DNA of 58,481 bases from Acidobacteriota bacterium (GTDB taxonomy: Bacteria; Acidobacteriota; Thermoanaerobaculia; Multivoradales; JAGPDF01), in assembly GCA_050258075.1 (NCBI GenBank), contig JBLMYC010000184.1, positions 1-58,481 on the forward strand. The letters run 5' to 3'. This document shows, piece after piece, positions 19,097 to 28,388 of the stretch (within the stretch, counting starts at the first letter, position 1; the number at the start of each line of letters is the position of its first letter). The notes beneath the pieces are model-generated. The model was not told where the DNA came from and did no database searches. It saw only the letters and a program-made list of their open reading frames with translations. The position numbers were made by a program, and so were the translations under genes.

Positions 19097-21204
19097 CCGT
19101 CGAGCAGGGCGTCGCCTGGGTGGTGCTCGATGAGCCCGGCCGTCCGATCAACACCCTCGGCACGCGGGGACTGACCGATTTTGCGGCGCTCCTCGACCGG
19201 CTCGAGAGCGAGCCCGCTTTGCGTGGCGTGGCGTTGATGTCGGCCAAGCCGACGACCTTTCTGGCTGGCGCCGATCTCGACGAGCTCGACACGCTCGAGA
19301 GCGCGGCGCAGGCGACCGAGTGGGTGGAGCGCGGTCAGGCCCTGCTCGAGCGCTGGGAGCGCCTGTCGGTGCCGACCGTGGCGGCGATCCGCGGCGCCGC
19401 CCTGGGCGGTGGCTGCGAGGTGGCGCTCGCCTGCACCTGGCGAGTCGCGGCCGATCATCCGGCGACGAGCCTCGGCCTGCCCGAGGTGCAGCTCGGCCTG
19501 ATCCCGGCGCTCGGCGGGACGTACCGCCTGCCGCGTGCCGTCGGACTCGAGCGCGCCGTGGAGATGCTCCTCTCCGGCAGGCGGCTCGCGGTGTACGAGG
19601 CGCTGCGTGCCGGTCTCGTCGACGAGGTCGTGTCCGAGCCGGCCTTGCGCCAGGCGGCGCTGCGCCGCATCGGGATGGGCCGCCGCCCGGCGGTCCGCCG
19701 GTTCCGCGACTTCCTGCTCGGCGGCAACCCGCTCGGCCGGGCGCTCTTCTTCCGCGCCGCGCGCTCCCGGGTCCGGCGTCGTACCGGCGGACGCTATCCG
19801 GCGCCGCCACGCATCCTCGAGGCGGTCGAGGCCGGGGCGCGGGGCGGCGCCAAAGCGGCGTTCGCGGCTGAGGCCCGCCATTTCGGCGAGCTCGCCCTGT
19901 CGCCGGAATCGCGCCGGCTGATCGCGATCTTCCGCGCCAGCCGCGAGCTCGGGGCGGCCGACGGCGAGCGCGCGACCCGCGAACCGGCGGCCCGCGAAGC
20001 GGCGGCCCGCGAACCGGGTCTCGTCGGGGTTCTCGGCGCCGGCTTCATGGGCTCCGGGATCGCCGCCGCCGCGGCGCGCTCCGGCCATCATGTGCGCATG
20101 ATCGACAACCGACCGGAGGCCCTCGCCAAGGGGCTCGCCTTCGTGCGCCAGCGGGCCGAGAGCGCCGGCCGCCGCGGCGGACGGTCAGGCCGCGCGGAGG
20201 TCGAGCGCGTCTTCGCCCGCGTCTCGCCGTCGACCTCGCTCTGCGGATTCCAGCGCGCCGAGCTGGTGGTCGAGGCGGTGGTCGAGGACCTCGAGACGAA
20301 GCGCGCCGTGCTGCGCGAGATCGAGCCGCAGCTCGCGCTCGCCTGCGTCCTGGCCTCGAACACCTCGACGATCCCGATCGCCGAGCTGGCGCGAGGCCTG
20401 CGCCACCCGAACCGCGTGCTCGGTCTGCACTTCTTCTCGCCGGTCCACCGCATGCCGCTGGTCGAGATCGTCCGCCACCCGGGCACGGCCGACCCGTTCG
20501 TGACCCGCGCCCAGGCCTTCGTGCGCGGCCTCGGCAAGACGCCGATCGTGGTGCGCGACGGGCCCGGCTTCTACACCTCGCGCATCCTCGCCCCGTACCT
20601 CGCCGAGGGCGCTCACCTGTTGCTCGAGGGCTGCGGCATCCGCGAGATCGACATGGCGGGCCGGGCGGCCGGTTTCCCGGTCGGTCCGCTCGAGCTGCTC
20701 GACGAGGTGGGGATCGACATCGCCGCGCACGCCGCGCGCACCCTGGCGGCGGCGTTCCCCGAGCGCATGAGCGACCCCAGGGAGTTCAAGCGCCTGGTCG
20801 AGGAGGGCCGCCTCGGCCGCAAGGTGGGGCAAGGCTTCTACGACTACAAGGGCAAGCGCAAGCGCCCGGACGATTGGGTGGTCGAGGTCCTCGGCGCCAG
20901 GCGCTCCGCCGCCAAGCCGAGCCCGCAGGAGCAGCGCGACCGACTGCTCCTGGCGATGGTCGCCGAGGCGGTGCGCTGCCTCGAGGACGGCATCCTCGAG
21001 TCGCCGCGCGACGGCGACATCGGTGCGATCTTCGGCCTCGGCTTTCCGCCTTTCCTCGGCGGTCCCTTCCGCTATCTCGACAGCCTCGGCGCCGAGGTCG
21101 CGGTCAAGCGCCTGGAGGAGCTCGCGTCACGCCGTGGCGCGGTGTTCACGCCGCCGGCCCAGCTGCGCGAGATGGCCGGGCGGGGCGGGCGGTTCTACCG
21201 CTGA
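19075..21204 (+). CDS. Bifunctional enoyl-CoA hydratase / 3-hydroxyacyl-CoA dehydrogenase (FadJ/FadB-like)
   Basis: Crotonase N-terminal half (VAWVVLDEPGRPINTL...GGGCEVALAC). Rossmann motif VGVLGAGFMGSGIAAAAA in the C-terminal half. GTG 19075 has a GGAGGA RBS. 19054 and 18991 are alternative starts. Confidence 0.85.
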   Translation: MASLFTLTVEQGVAWVVLDEPGRPINTLGTRGLTDFAALLDRLESEPALRGVALMSAKPTTFLAGADLDELDTLESAAQATEWVERGQALLERWERLSVPTVAAIRGAALGGGCEVALACTWRVAADHPATSLGLPEVQLGLIPALGGTYRLPRAVGLERAVEMLLSGRRLAVYEALRAGLVDEVVSEPALRQAALRRIGMGRRPAVRRFRDFLLGGNPLGRALFFRAARSRVRRRTGGRYPAPPRILEAVEAGARGGAKAAFAAEARHFGELALSPESRRLIAIFRASRELGAADGERATREPAAREAAAREPGLVGVLGAGFMGSGIAAAAARSGHHVRMIDNRPEALAKGLAFVRQRAESAGRRGGRSGRAEVERVFARVSPSTSLCGFQRAELVVEAVVEDLETKRAVLREIEPQLALACVLASNTSTIPIAELARGLRHPNRVLGLHFFSPVHRMPLVEIVRHPGTADPFVTRAQAFVRGLGKTPIVVRDGPGFYTSRILAPYLAEGAHLLLEGCGIREIDMAGRAAGFPVGPLELLDEVGIDIAAHAARTLAAAFPERMSDPREFKRLVEEGRLGRKVGQGFYDYKGKRKRPDDWVVEVLGARRSAAKPSPQEQRDRLLLAMVAEAVRCLEDGILESPRDGDIGAIFGLGFPPFLGGPFRYLDSLGAEVAVKRLEELASRRGAVFTPPAQLREMAGRGGRFYR

Positions 21205-21268
21205 TCGAAGCCCGCTGTCGGCTGGCTGTGGCCACGCCATTGCGCTGGGCGCCAGGCGCTGGGTGCGG

Positions 21269-22216
21269 TCAGCGCCAGTCATCGAGGACGTAGACCCCGC
21301 TGCGGTTGTAGCCGGGTTCGTTCGGCCGGTGCATCGCAACCCCCTGGTTCTGGGTGCGGAAGCCCCGCGCGGCCATTTGGCGGTACGCCTCTTCACGGGC
21401 CGTGTTGACGCCGGCAACCAGGCGCGTTAACCCCCGCCCGCGCGCCATCTCCTCGCCAGCGCTCAGCAAGCGGTCGAACGTCTGCCCGGCATGCGGTCCC
21501 GGGCGGACGGCGGCGAACTTGACATAGCAGGCGCCGCTCCCCACTTCCGTGCCCGGCCCGCAGTGACAGACGGCGAAGGCCTCTAGCGCCGAGTCCTCCC
21601 GGAGGAGGATCGTTTCACCGAAGCCATGGGTGGCGACCGCGAGGATCTCCCGGCTCACGTCCAGGCCCGCGTAGACCGCGTCGGTGATCTCCCGGCAGGC
21701 GACGAGCGACGCCTCCTGCTCGTTCGCCGCGAGAGCGGAGAATGTCGACCAGTCCGCGCCGCAATCGGTTCGCTCGACCGGCTTGGACATCAGCGCGGTG
21801 AGGAATCGCGGCGCGAATCCGAATTTCTGGTACAGGGCGACGTGCTTCGGGCTTTGCGCGAAGGTGTAGAGACCGGCGTGCCGCGTCTGCCAGTGCTCGA
21901 AGGACTCCATGATCGGTTCCATGAGCCGCTTGCCGGCGCCGCTCCCCCAGAACGCGGGATTCACCGTGAGCGGACCGAAGAAGCCGACGCTGCCCCAGTT
22001 GGTCGCGAAGTTCGAGCCGACGAGCTCACCGTTGGCCTCGGCGCAGAACGCAGCGGAGGGATCCTCGAGCCAGCGCGTGCGGATGTAGCTCGCGTCCCCG
22101 GAGAAGGTCATCGGGTCGGGGAGGCCGAGGAACGTGCCGAACGCCAGACGGAAGGTGCGTTCGGCGGCTTGCAGATCGCTTTCCGTGAGCTGGCGCAAGG
22201 TGACTCCGCTGTCCAT
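21269..22216 (-). CDS. GNAT-family N-acetyltransferase (two-domain)
   Basis: Motif A-like FWGSGAGKRLME ... ALYQKFGF. A second GNAT-like half ends EAYRQMAARGF. Start at MDSGVTLRQL (22216). Confidence 0.7.
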   Translation of the reverse strand: MDSGVTLRQLTESDLQAAERTFRLAFGTFLGLPDPMTFSGDASYIRTRWLEDPSAAFCAEANGELVGSNFATNWGSVGFFGPLTVNPAFWGSGAGKRLMEPIMESFEHWQTRHAGLYTFAQSPKHVALYQKFGFAPRFLTALMSKPVERTDCGADWSTFSALAANEQEASLVACREITDAVYAGLDVSREILAVATHGFGETILLREDSALEAFAVCHCGPGTEVGSGACYVKFAAVRPGPHAGQTFDRLLSAGEEMARGRGLTRLVAGVNTAREEAYRQMAARGFRTQNQGVAMHRPNEPGYNRSGVYVLDDWR

Positions 22217-22224
22217 GGCGCCAG

Positions 22225-22863
22225 CTACCTCAGCAGCTTGAAGGCGTGCACCCAGTCGTTGTGGAGAAAGCCCGGGATGCACCACAGCATGCACAGCGGC
22301 TCGATCGCCCGCGCCGCCTCGGCCTTGCCCATGTCCGCCGTCTCCCAGCCGAACTGATCCAGGATCCCGCGCACGATGCCCTTCGCATCGTCGTCGTTGC
22401 CGCAGATGAACATCGTCGGCTTGCCGCCCTGGAATTGCGGATCGACCATGCAGGCGTTGCCAACCGAATTGAAGGCCTTCACGAATCGGATCGCCGGGAA
22501 CTCGGCCTGCAGGCGTTCCATCAGGGAGTGGTCGAGGCTGGTGAAGAACTCGATCACGCCGTTGGTCGGCGGCGCGTCGGCGATCGGGTTGGTGGCGTCG
22601 ATGACCGTCTTGCGCGCGAGATTCGCGCCACCGGCGGCGTGGAGGGCGTCGGCCGCCGCGCTGCCCTTGACCGCCAGGACCACGACCTCGCCGAAGCGCG
22701 CCGCGTCGGCGAAGCTCGCGACCCCCGCCTGCGGGGTCTTCGCCTTCCAGTCAGTGAGCTTGGACGGAGTCCGCGTCCCCAGCATGACCTCGTGTCCATG
22801 GCGGAGAAACCCCGCCGCGAGTGACTGCGCCACGCCGCCCGATCCCAGGATTCCGACCTTCAT
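22225..22863 (-). CDS. NADP oxidoreductase, coenzyme F420-dependent-type family (NAD(P)-binding Rossmann protein)
   Basis: N-terminal MKVGILGSGGVAQSLAAGFLRHGHEV. 212 aa. AAGGAGA RBS. Confidence 0.7.
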   Translation of the reverse strand: MKVGILGSGGVAQSLAAGFLRHGHEVMLGTRTPSKLTDWKAKTPQAGVASFADAARFGEVVVLAVKGSAAADALHAAGGANLARKTVIDATNPIADAPPTNGVIEFFTSLDHSLMERLQAEFPAIRFVKAFNSVGNACMVDPQFQGGKPTMFICGNDDDAKGIVRGILDQFGWETADMGKAEAARAIEPLCMLWCIPGFLHNDWVHAFKLLR

Positions 22864-22926
22864 GGCTGTCTCCTTGCGTTAGACCCCTCGCAACGGGGCC
22901 GAGGCGTCCGAAATTCCCGGAGTGCT

Positions 22927-23328
22927 TCAGCGCGATGCCCGAGGACGGATTGACGCCGCGAGAATGCAGCCCAACAGGACACCGCCGCCGACGCCGATCG
23001 CCATGTGATCGGTCGCGGCCCCGGCCAGCGAGCCGGCGAGCGAGCCCGCGGCAACCCACGGCAGGCTCAGGTTCCGGGAGGCCGGATTGGGAAAGCTCGC
23101 GACCACGAGTGCGAGGCCGGCGATCGCGATGCTGGCGACTGCCAGGAGCTCGCCCACGTGGCGCAGGTCGTCTGCGACGGTCGCGAAGCCGACGACGGAG
23201 GCGATGATGAGGACGATTCCGAGGACGAGGCTGCGTGACCGGATCCGCCGCGGCCCAGTCTGGCCATGCGGCTCGCTCTTCTGGAGCAGGCCATTGCCGT
23301 ACGGCTGGTGGCTGAAGAGTGCGTTCAT
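22927..23328 (-). CDS. Hypothetical small membrane protein (about 4 TM)
   Basis: This ORF fills the gap between two same-strand genes. It has hydrophobic Gly/Ala-rich helices. Confidence 0.5.
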   Translation of the reverse strand: MNALFSHQPYGNGLLQKSEPHGQTGPRRIRSRSLVLGIVLIIASVVGFATVADDLRHVGELLAVASIAIAGLALVVASFPNPASRNLSLPWVAAGSLAGSLAGAATDHMAIGVGGGVLLGCILAASIRPRASR

Positions 23329-23367
23329 CGTGTCAGGCCATTGGCCAGGTGTGGCCCCCGAAGCGCC

Positions 23368-24504
23368 TCATTGTGGCCGTGTCATCACCACGATCGTCAT
23401 GTCGTCGTGCAGCGTCTCCTCGCCGACGTGGAGCTCGAAGGCCTTGAGGATGCGGTCGTGGACTTCCTGGGCGGTGCCGCCGCCGGAGAGCAGGGTGCGC
23501 AGGCGGTCGAAGCCGAAGGCGTGGGTGCCGGCGGGGTCGACCGCCTCGGGGAGGCCGTCGGTGTAGAGGAGGATGAGATCGCCGGGGGCGATCGTGGCCT
23601 CTCCGGGGTGGAGCTCGAGGCGGTTGCGCAGGCCGAGCGGGAAGCCACCCTTGCCGAGCTCCTCGACGTTGCCGTCGGCGTGGCGCAGGAGCGGGAACGG
23701 GTGTCCCGCGCAGACGTACTGGAGGCGGCCGGTTGCGGGCTCGAGCACGGCGTAGAAGAGCGACAGGAAGGCCCGGTGATCGCCGGTCTTGCGCAGCACG
23801 CGGTGCAGCGTTTCGGCGACGCGCACCGGGGTGGGGTCGATCTCGATCATCGTCTGCAGCACGGCGTTGGCGATCGCCATCAGGAGGCCCGCCGCGATGC
23901 CGTGGCCGCTGCCGTCGCCGGCGGCGAGGGCCAGACGGCCGTCGGCGAGGGGCAGGAAGCTGTAGTAGTCGCCGCCGACGTCGTTGGCGGTTCGGTAGGA
24001 GTGGGCGAAGGCATAGCCGGGGACCTGCGGCGCCTCCTTGGGCAGCAAGTCGCGCTGCAGCTGGCGCGCCACCTGCAGCGCGTCGCGGCCCAGGATGCGG
24101 TCGACGAGCTCCATGACCAGGAGGAAGCCCATTCCGAGCAGGCTGAGGACGAAGAACAGCGGCTGCGATTGGACGCTGATGTGGGTGCCTTCGCGCGAGA
24201 CGTTGAAGTCGACATTGAGCACGCCGAGGATCGCGAAGAGGATCGACAGCCCGAAGATCAGCCGCCGGGCCGGTGGCAGCTGGTAGGAGATGCCGAGGAA
24301 GACGAGCTTGACGCGCAGCAGAAAGCGCTTGAGACGGGTCCGGGGCTGCGCCGCGGGCTGGCGCCCACGGGTCAGCACGGCGTAGGCGCGGGCCGCGTCG
24401 CGGTCGAGCAGCCGGCGCAGCTCCTGGACGTTGAATCCCGCCGTGTAGTCGCGGAGGAATGCCTCGAGACCTGGCTTGCGGGCCGTCTTGCGCCGTCGTC
24501 CCAT
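23368..24504 (-). CDS. Membrane-associated PP2C/SpoIIE-family serine phosphatase
   Basis: Two TM helices, then GDYYSFLPLADGRLALAAGDGSGHGIAAGLLMA and ...LLYTDGLPEA. Confidence 0.8.
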   Translation of the reverse strand: MGRRRKTARKPGLEAFLRDYTAGFNVQELRRLLDRDAARAYAVLTRGRQPAAQPRTRLKRFLLRVKLVFLGISYQLPPARRLIFGLSILFAILGVLNVDFNVSREGTHISVQSQPLFFVLSLLGMGFLLVMELVDRILGRDALQVARQLQRDLLPKEAPQVPGYAFAHSYRTANDVGGDYYSFLPLADGRLALAAGDGSGHGIAAGLLMAIANAVLQTMIEIDPTPVRVAETLHRVLRKTGDHRAFLSLFYAVLEPATGRLQYVCAGHPFPLLRHADGNVEELGKGGFPLGLRNRLELHPGEATIAPGDLILLYTDGLPEAVDPAGTHAFGFDRLRTLLSGGGTAQEVHDRILKAFELHVGEETLHDDMTIVVMTRPQ

Positions 24505-24581
24505 GGTCTGATCCTACGTGCCGCGGGGCACGAAGTTCATCGCCGAGCCTCGCGGGAAGGTTTCCGGGCCGGTTCCAGCGC

Positions 24582-24611
24582 TTGACCCTGTTCGGGGGCG
24601 GCCGCTACAGT
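24582..24611 (+). promoter_or_regulatory. Sigma70-like promoter candidate for the TatT-TRAP operon
   Basis: TTGACC (24582-24587), an 18-nt spacer, then TACAGT (24606-24611), 24 nt before the ATG at 24635. The inverted repeat CGTGCC-N4-GGCACG lies at 24517-24532. Confidence 0.45.
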
Positions 24612-24634
24612 CTCCCCGAGGCGACAGCGCGGAT

Positions 24635-25564
24635 ATGGCTCGGGCGACAGGACGAGGGATCGGGATCGGCGTCGCCGCGTGCCTCTTGCTGTCCGGCTGC
24701 GCGGCCGTGCGCCGGGCGGCGATCCACTCGGTCGCCAGGTCGCTCGCCGGCGGTGGCGAAGCGTGGGCGAGCGACGATGACCCGCAGCTCGTCCGTGACG
24801 CGACACCGTTCGCGCTCAAGACGATCGAGTCGCTGCTCGCCGAGGACCCCCGCGATCCCGATCTGCTGCGCGCCGCGGCGCGTGGCTTCACCGAGTACGC
24901 CTACGCCTTCGTCGACACCGACGCTCGGGAGCTCGAGATCAGGGACTACGCGGCGGCGCAGGCCGAGCGCGAGCGGGCGCGGCGGCTCTATCTGCGCGGC
25001 CGCGATTACGGCCTGCGCGGGCTCGAGGTGAGTCATCCCGGGATCGCCGCCGCGCTGCAGCGGCACCCGACGCAGGCGGTTGCGGCCTGCGGCCGTGCCG
25101 ACGTAGCTCTCCTGTATTGGAGCGGTGCCGCCTGGGGTGGAGCGGTCTCGGTCGGCAAGGACCACCCCGAGCTGCTCGCCGATCTGCCGGCGGTGCGCGC
25201 CCTGCTGGAACGCGCCCTGGCGCTCGACGAGGGCTTCGAGCACGGCGCCATCCACGCCGCCCTGCTGCCGCTCGACGCCCTGTCGCCGGCGATGGGCGGC
25301 TCGCCGGAGCGCGCCGCACGGCACTACGAGCGCGCCCTGGCGCTGTCGGGCGGCAAGGACGCCGGCATCTACGTGACCTGGGCGGAAAGCGTGGCGGTCG
25401 CGCGGCAGGACCGCAAGGGGTTCGACGCCGCCCTGGCGAGCGCCCTGGCGATCGACCCCGACGCCCAGCCGGCGACCCGGCTCGCCAACCTGGTGGCGCA
25501 GCGCCGCGCTCGCGCCCTGAAGGCGCGTGAGGACGAGCTTTTCCTGGAGGAGGCAACCCCGTGA
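24635..25564 (+). CDS. TPR-like lipoprotein, TRAP-transporter TatT component family
   Basis: Lipobox LLLSGC after MARATGRGIGIGVAA. Helical-repeat body. GTGA overlap with the downstream DctP-type gene. Confidence 0.6.
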   Translation: MARATGRGIGIGVAACLLLSGCAAVRRAAIHSVARSLAGGGEAWASDDDPQLVRDATPFALKTIESLLAEDPRDPDLLRAAARGFTEYAYAFVDTDARELEIRDYAAAQAERERARRLYLRGRDYGLRGLEVSHPGIAAALQRHPTQAVAACGRADVALLYWSGAAWGGAVSVGKDHPELLADLPAVRALLERALALDEGFEHGAIHAALLPLDALSPAMGGSPERAARHYERALALSGGKDAGIYVTWAESVAVARQDRKGFDAALASALAIDPDAQPATRLANLVAQRRARALKAREDELFLEEATP

Positions 25565-26586
25565 GGACCCGCACCGTTCCCCTGCTGTTGGCGCTGGCGC
25601 TCCTGTCGCTGGCGATGCCGGCGCCCGCGCCGGCCGAGCCCGTGGTCGTCAAGCTCGCGACCCTGGTGCCCGAGGGCACCATCTGGCACCAGATGTACAA
25701 GGAGATGGAGGCCGACTGGAGGTCGGCGACCCAGGGCCGGGTGACCATGCGCCTGTACGCGGGCGGCGTCGCCGGCGACGATCCCGACATGGTGCGCAAG
25801 ATGCGCATCGGCCAGCTCCAGGGAGCGATGCTCACCGCCGTCGGACTGTCGGAGATCGACCCGAGCTTCAAGGCGCTGCGCCTGCCGATGTTCTTCTCAT
25901 CCTACGAGGAGCTCCGGGGCGTCCTGGCGGCGCTCCAACCGGAGCTTTCGAAGCGCCTCGAGGCGAAGGGATTCGTGCTTCTCGACTGGACGGAGGCGGG
26001 GTGGGTGAACCTGTTCAGCCGCAAGCCGATCGTGACCATCGCCGATCTCAAGGCGGCGAAGCTCTTCTCCTGGGCCGGCGACGAGGAGATGACGAGCTGG
26101 TGGAAGCAGCAAGGCTTCGAGCCGATCTCGATCGCGACCACCGACGTGCCGACCGCTCTGCAGACCGGCATGATCGAGGCGATCCCGACGACTCCGCTCG
26201 CCGCGCTCACTCTGCAGTGGTACCGCCAGGTCCCCAACATGCTGCAGCTCGGCTTCGGGCCGCTGGTCGGCGCCACGGTCGTGACCAAGAAGACCTGGGA
26301 CCAGATCTCGCCGGAGGACCGCGCCAAGGTGCTCGCTGCCGCCGTGCGGCTCGAGCAGAAGGTCCGCTCCGAGATCCCCAAGCAGGACAAGGCGGCGGTC
26401 GACGAGATGGTCAAGCGGGGCCTGAAGATCGTACCGCTCGACGCCGCCGCCGAGGCGCATTGGCGCGCCGAGGCAGAGAAGCTCGACGCGACGATGCGCG
26501 GCGTGGTGGTGCCGGCCGAGGCCTTCGACATGGTGTACAAGGCCCGCGACGCCTGGCGCAAGGCCAACCCGGGAGAAAAGCGCTGA
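25561..26586 (+). CDS. TRAP transporter substrate-binding protein (DctP/TatP family)
   Basis: Signal peptide MRTRTVPLLLALALLSLAMPAPAPA. DctP-like body (KLATLVPEGTIWH...). Followed by the fused permease. Confidence 0.85.
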   Translation: MRTRTVPLLLALALLSLAMPAPAPAEPVVVKLATLVPEGTIWHQMYKEMEADWRSATQGRVTMRLYAGGVAGDDPDMVRKMRIGQLQGAMLTAVGLSEIDPSFKALRLPMFFSSYEELRGVLAALQPELSKRLEAKGFVLLDWTEAGWVNLFSRKPIVTIADLKAAKLFSWAGDEEMTSWWKQQGFEPISIATTDVPTALQTGMIEAIPTTPLAALTLQWYRQVPNMLQLGFGPLVGATVVTKKTWDQISPEDRAKVLAAAVRLEQKVRSEIPKQDKAAVDEMVKRGLKIVPLDAAAEAHWRAEAEKLDATMRGVVVPAEAFDMVYKARDAWRKANPGEKR

Positions 26587-26639
26587 GCGCCTGGCTGCGC
26601 CGGGGAGAGCAGGGCCTGGCGGCGCTGGCGCTGGCGGTC

Positions 26640-28376
26640 ATGGTGGTGCTGCCGCTCGCCGAGATGGTGGCGCGCGAGGTCTTCCGCACCGGCATCCCGG
26701 CGTCGCAGCCGATCGTCCAGCACCTGGTGCTGTGGGTGGGCTTCCTGGGCGCGGCGCTGGCGGCGCGCGACGGGCGGCTGCTGGCGCTCGCCACCGGTGA
26801 GTTCCTGCCCGAGGGTCGGGTTCGCGAGTGGGCGAAAGTCATCGCCTCCGCGGTCGGCGCCGGGGTGGCGACGCTGCTCGCCTGTGCGGCGTTCTCGCTG
26901 GTGAGCACCGAGCGCGAAGCCGGGGATCGGCTCGCTGCCGCGCCGCTCTGGGTGGTCCTGCTCGTTCTGCCGATCTCCTTCGCGTTGATCGCCTGGCGCC
27001 TGGTGCGGCGCTCCGGCGCGCGGCCGACGACGCGGGCGATCGCCGCGCTCGGGGTCGGCGCCGGCCTGCTGCTCGGCGCCAAGCCGGAGTGGCTGGAGAA
27101 CCACGCCGCCTGGCCGGGCCTGCTGATCGTCGCCGCGGCGACCGCGCTCGGCGCGCCGCTCTTCGCCGCGCTCGGCGGCGCCGCGGTCCTGCTGTTCATG
27201 GCCGAGGGCGTGCCGATCGCCGCGGTGCCGAGCGAGACCTACCGCCTGGCGGTGAATCCGGCGCTGCCGGCCATCCCGCTGTTCACCCTGACCGGCTTCG
27301 TGCTCGCCGAGGGCAAGGCGCCGCAGCGCCTGCTGCGCCTCTTCCGCGCCCTGTTCGGCTGGGTGCCGGGCGGCACGGCCGTCATGTGCGTCGTGCTGTC
27401 GGCGTTCTTCACCACCTTCACCGGCGGCTCGGGCGTCACCATCCTGGCCCTGGGGCCGTTCCTCTACAAGGCGTTGCGCGCCGACGGGTACAGCGAGCGC
27501 TTCTCGATCGGTCTGCTGACCGCATCGGGATCGCTGGGACTCCTCTTCCCGCCGTCGTTGCCGATGATCCTGTACGGAATCGTCGGGCGGGTCCCGATCA
27601 CCGACCTCTTCCGGGGGGGCCAGCTCCCGGGATGGATCATGTTGCTGATCGCTGCCGGCCTGGGCGTACGCGAGGGCCGCCGCGCGCAGACGACGCGCGT
27701 CGGCTTCGACGGCCGCGAGGCGCTGTCCGCGGTATGGGGCAGCAAGTGGGAGCTGCTGTTGCCGCTGATCGTGCTGTTCGGGCTGTTCTCCGGCCTGACG
27801 ACGATCGTCGAGGCCTCCGCCCTCACGGCGGCCTGCGCGCTGATCGTGCAGTGTGGCATCTACCGCGACCTCGGCTGGGGACGCGACCTTTGGGGTGTGC
27901 TGTGGCGCTCGGCGCTGCTGGTCGGTGGGGTGCTGATCATCCTCGGCGTGGCGGTCGGGCTGACGAGCTACCTGGTGGATGCGCAGGTCCCGACCCACCT
28001 GCTCGACTGGACGCGCCAGCACGTGCACTCGAAGTACGTGTTCCTGCTCGGTCTCAATCTGTTCCTGCTGCTGTGCGGCTGCCTGATGGACATCTTCTCG
28101 GCGATCGCCGTGGTGGTGCCGCTGATCGCGCCGCTCGGCCTCGCCTTCGGCATCCACCCCGTCCACCTGGGGGTGATCTTCATCGCCAACCTCGAGCTCG
28201 GCTACCTGATGCCGCCGGTCGGCCTCAACTTGTATCTCGCGTCGTACCGCTTCGAGAAGCCCATCCTGCAGACCTACCGCGCCGTCCTGCCGATGCTCCT
28301 GGTGCTGCTCTGCGGCGTGCTGCTGATCACTTACGTGCCGTTGCTGACGACGGCGTTTCTGGGCGGCGGGGGGTAG
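26640..28376 (+). CDS. TRAP transporter fused small/large permease (DctQ-DctM)
   Basis: DctQ-like N-terminal helices followed by a DctM-like polytopic domain. The first canonical start after the dctP stop is ATG 26640. The DctQ-like sequence seems to extend upstream to CTG 26583. Confidence 0.85.
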   Translation: MVVLPLAEMVAREVFRTGIPASQPIVQHLVLWVGFLGAALAARDGRLLALATGEFLPEGRVREWAKVIASAVGAGVATLLACAAFSLVSTEREAGDRLAAAPLWVVLLVLPISFALIAWRLVRRSGARPTTRAIAALGVGAGLLLGAKPEWLENHAAWPGLLIVAAATALGAPLFAALGGAAVLLFMAEGVPIAAVPSETYRLAVNPALPAIPLFTLTGFVLAEGKAPQRLLRLFRALFGWVPGGTAVMCVVLSAFFTTFTGGSGVTILALGPFLYKALRADGYSERFSIGLLTASGSLGLLFPPSLPMILYGIVGRVPITDLFRGGQLPGWIMLLIAAGLGVREGRRAQTTRVGFDGREALSAVWGSKWELLLPLIVLFGLFSGLTTIVEASALTAACALIVQCGIYRDLGWGRDLWGVLWRSALLVGGVLIILGVAVGLTSYLVDAQVPTHLLDWTRQHVHSKYVFLLGLNLFLLLCGCLMDIFSAIAVVVPLIAPLGLAFGIHPVHLGVIFIANLELGYLMPPVGLNLYLASYRFEKPILQTYRAVLPMLLVLLCGVLLITYVPLLTTAFLGGGG

Positions 28377-28388
28377 CCGCCAGGCCGT

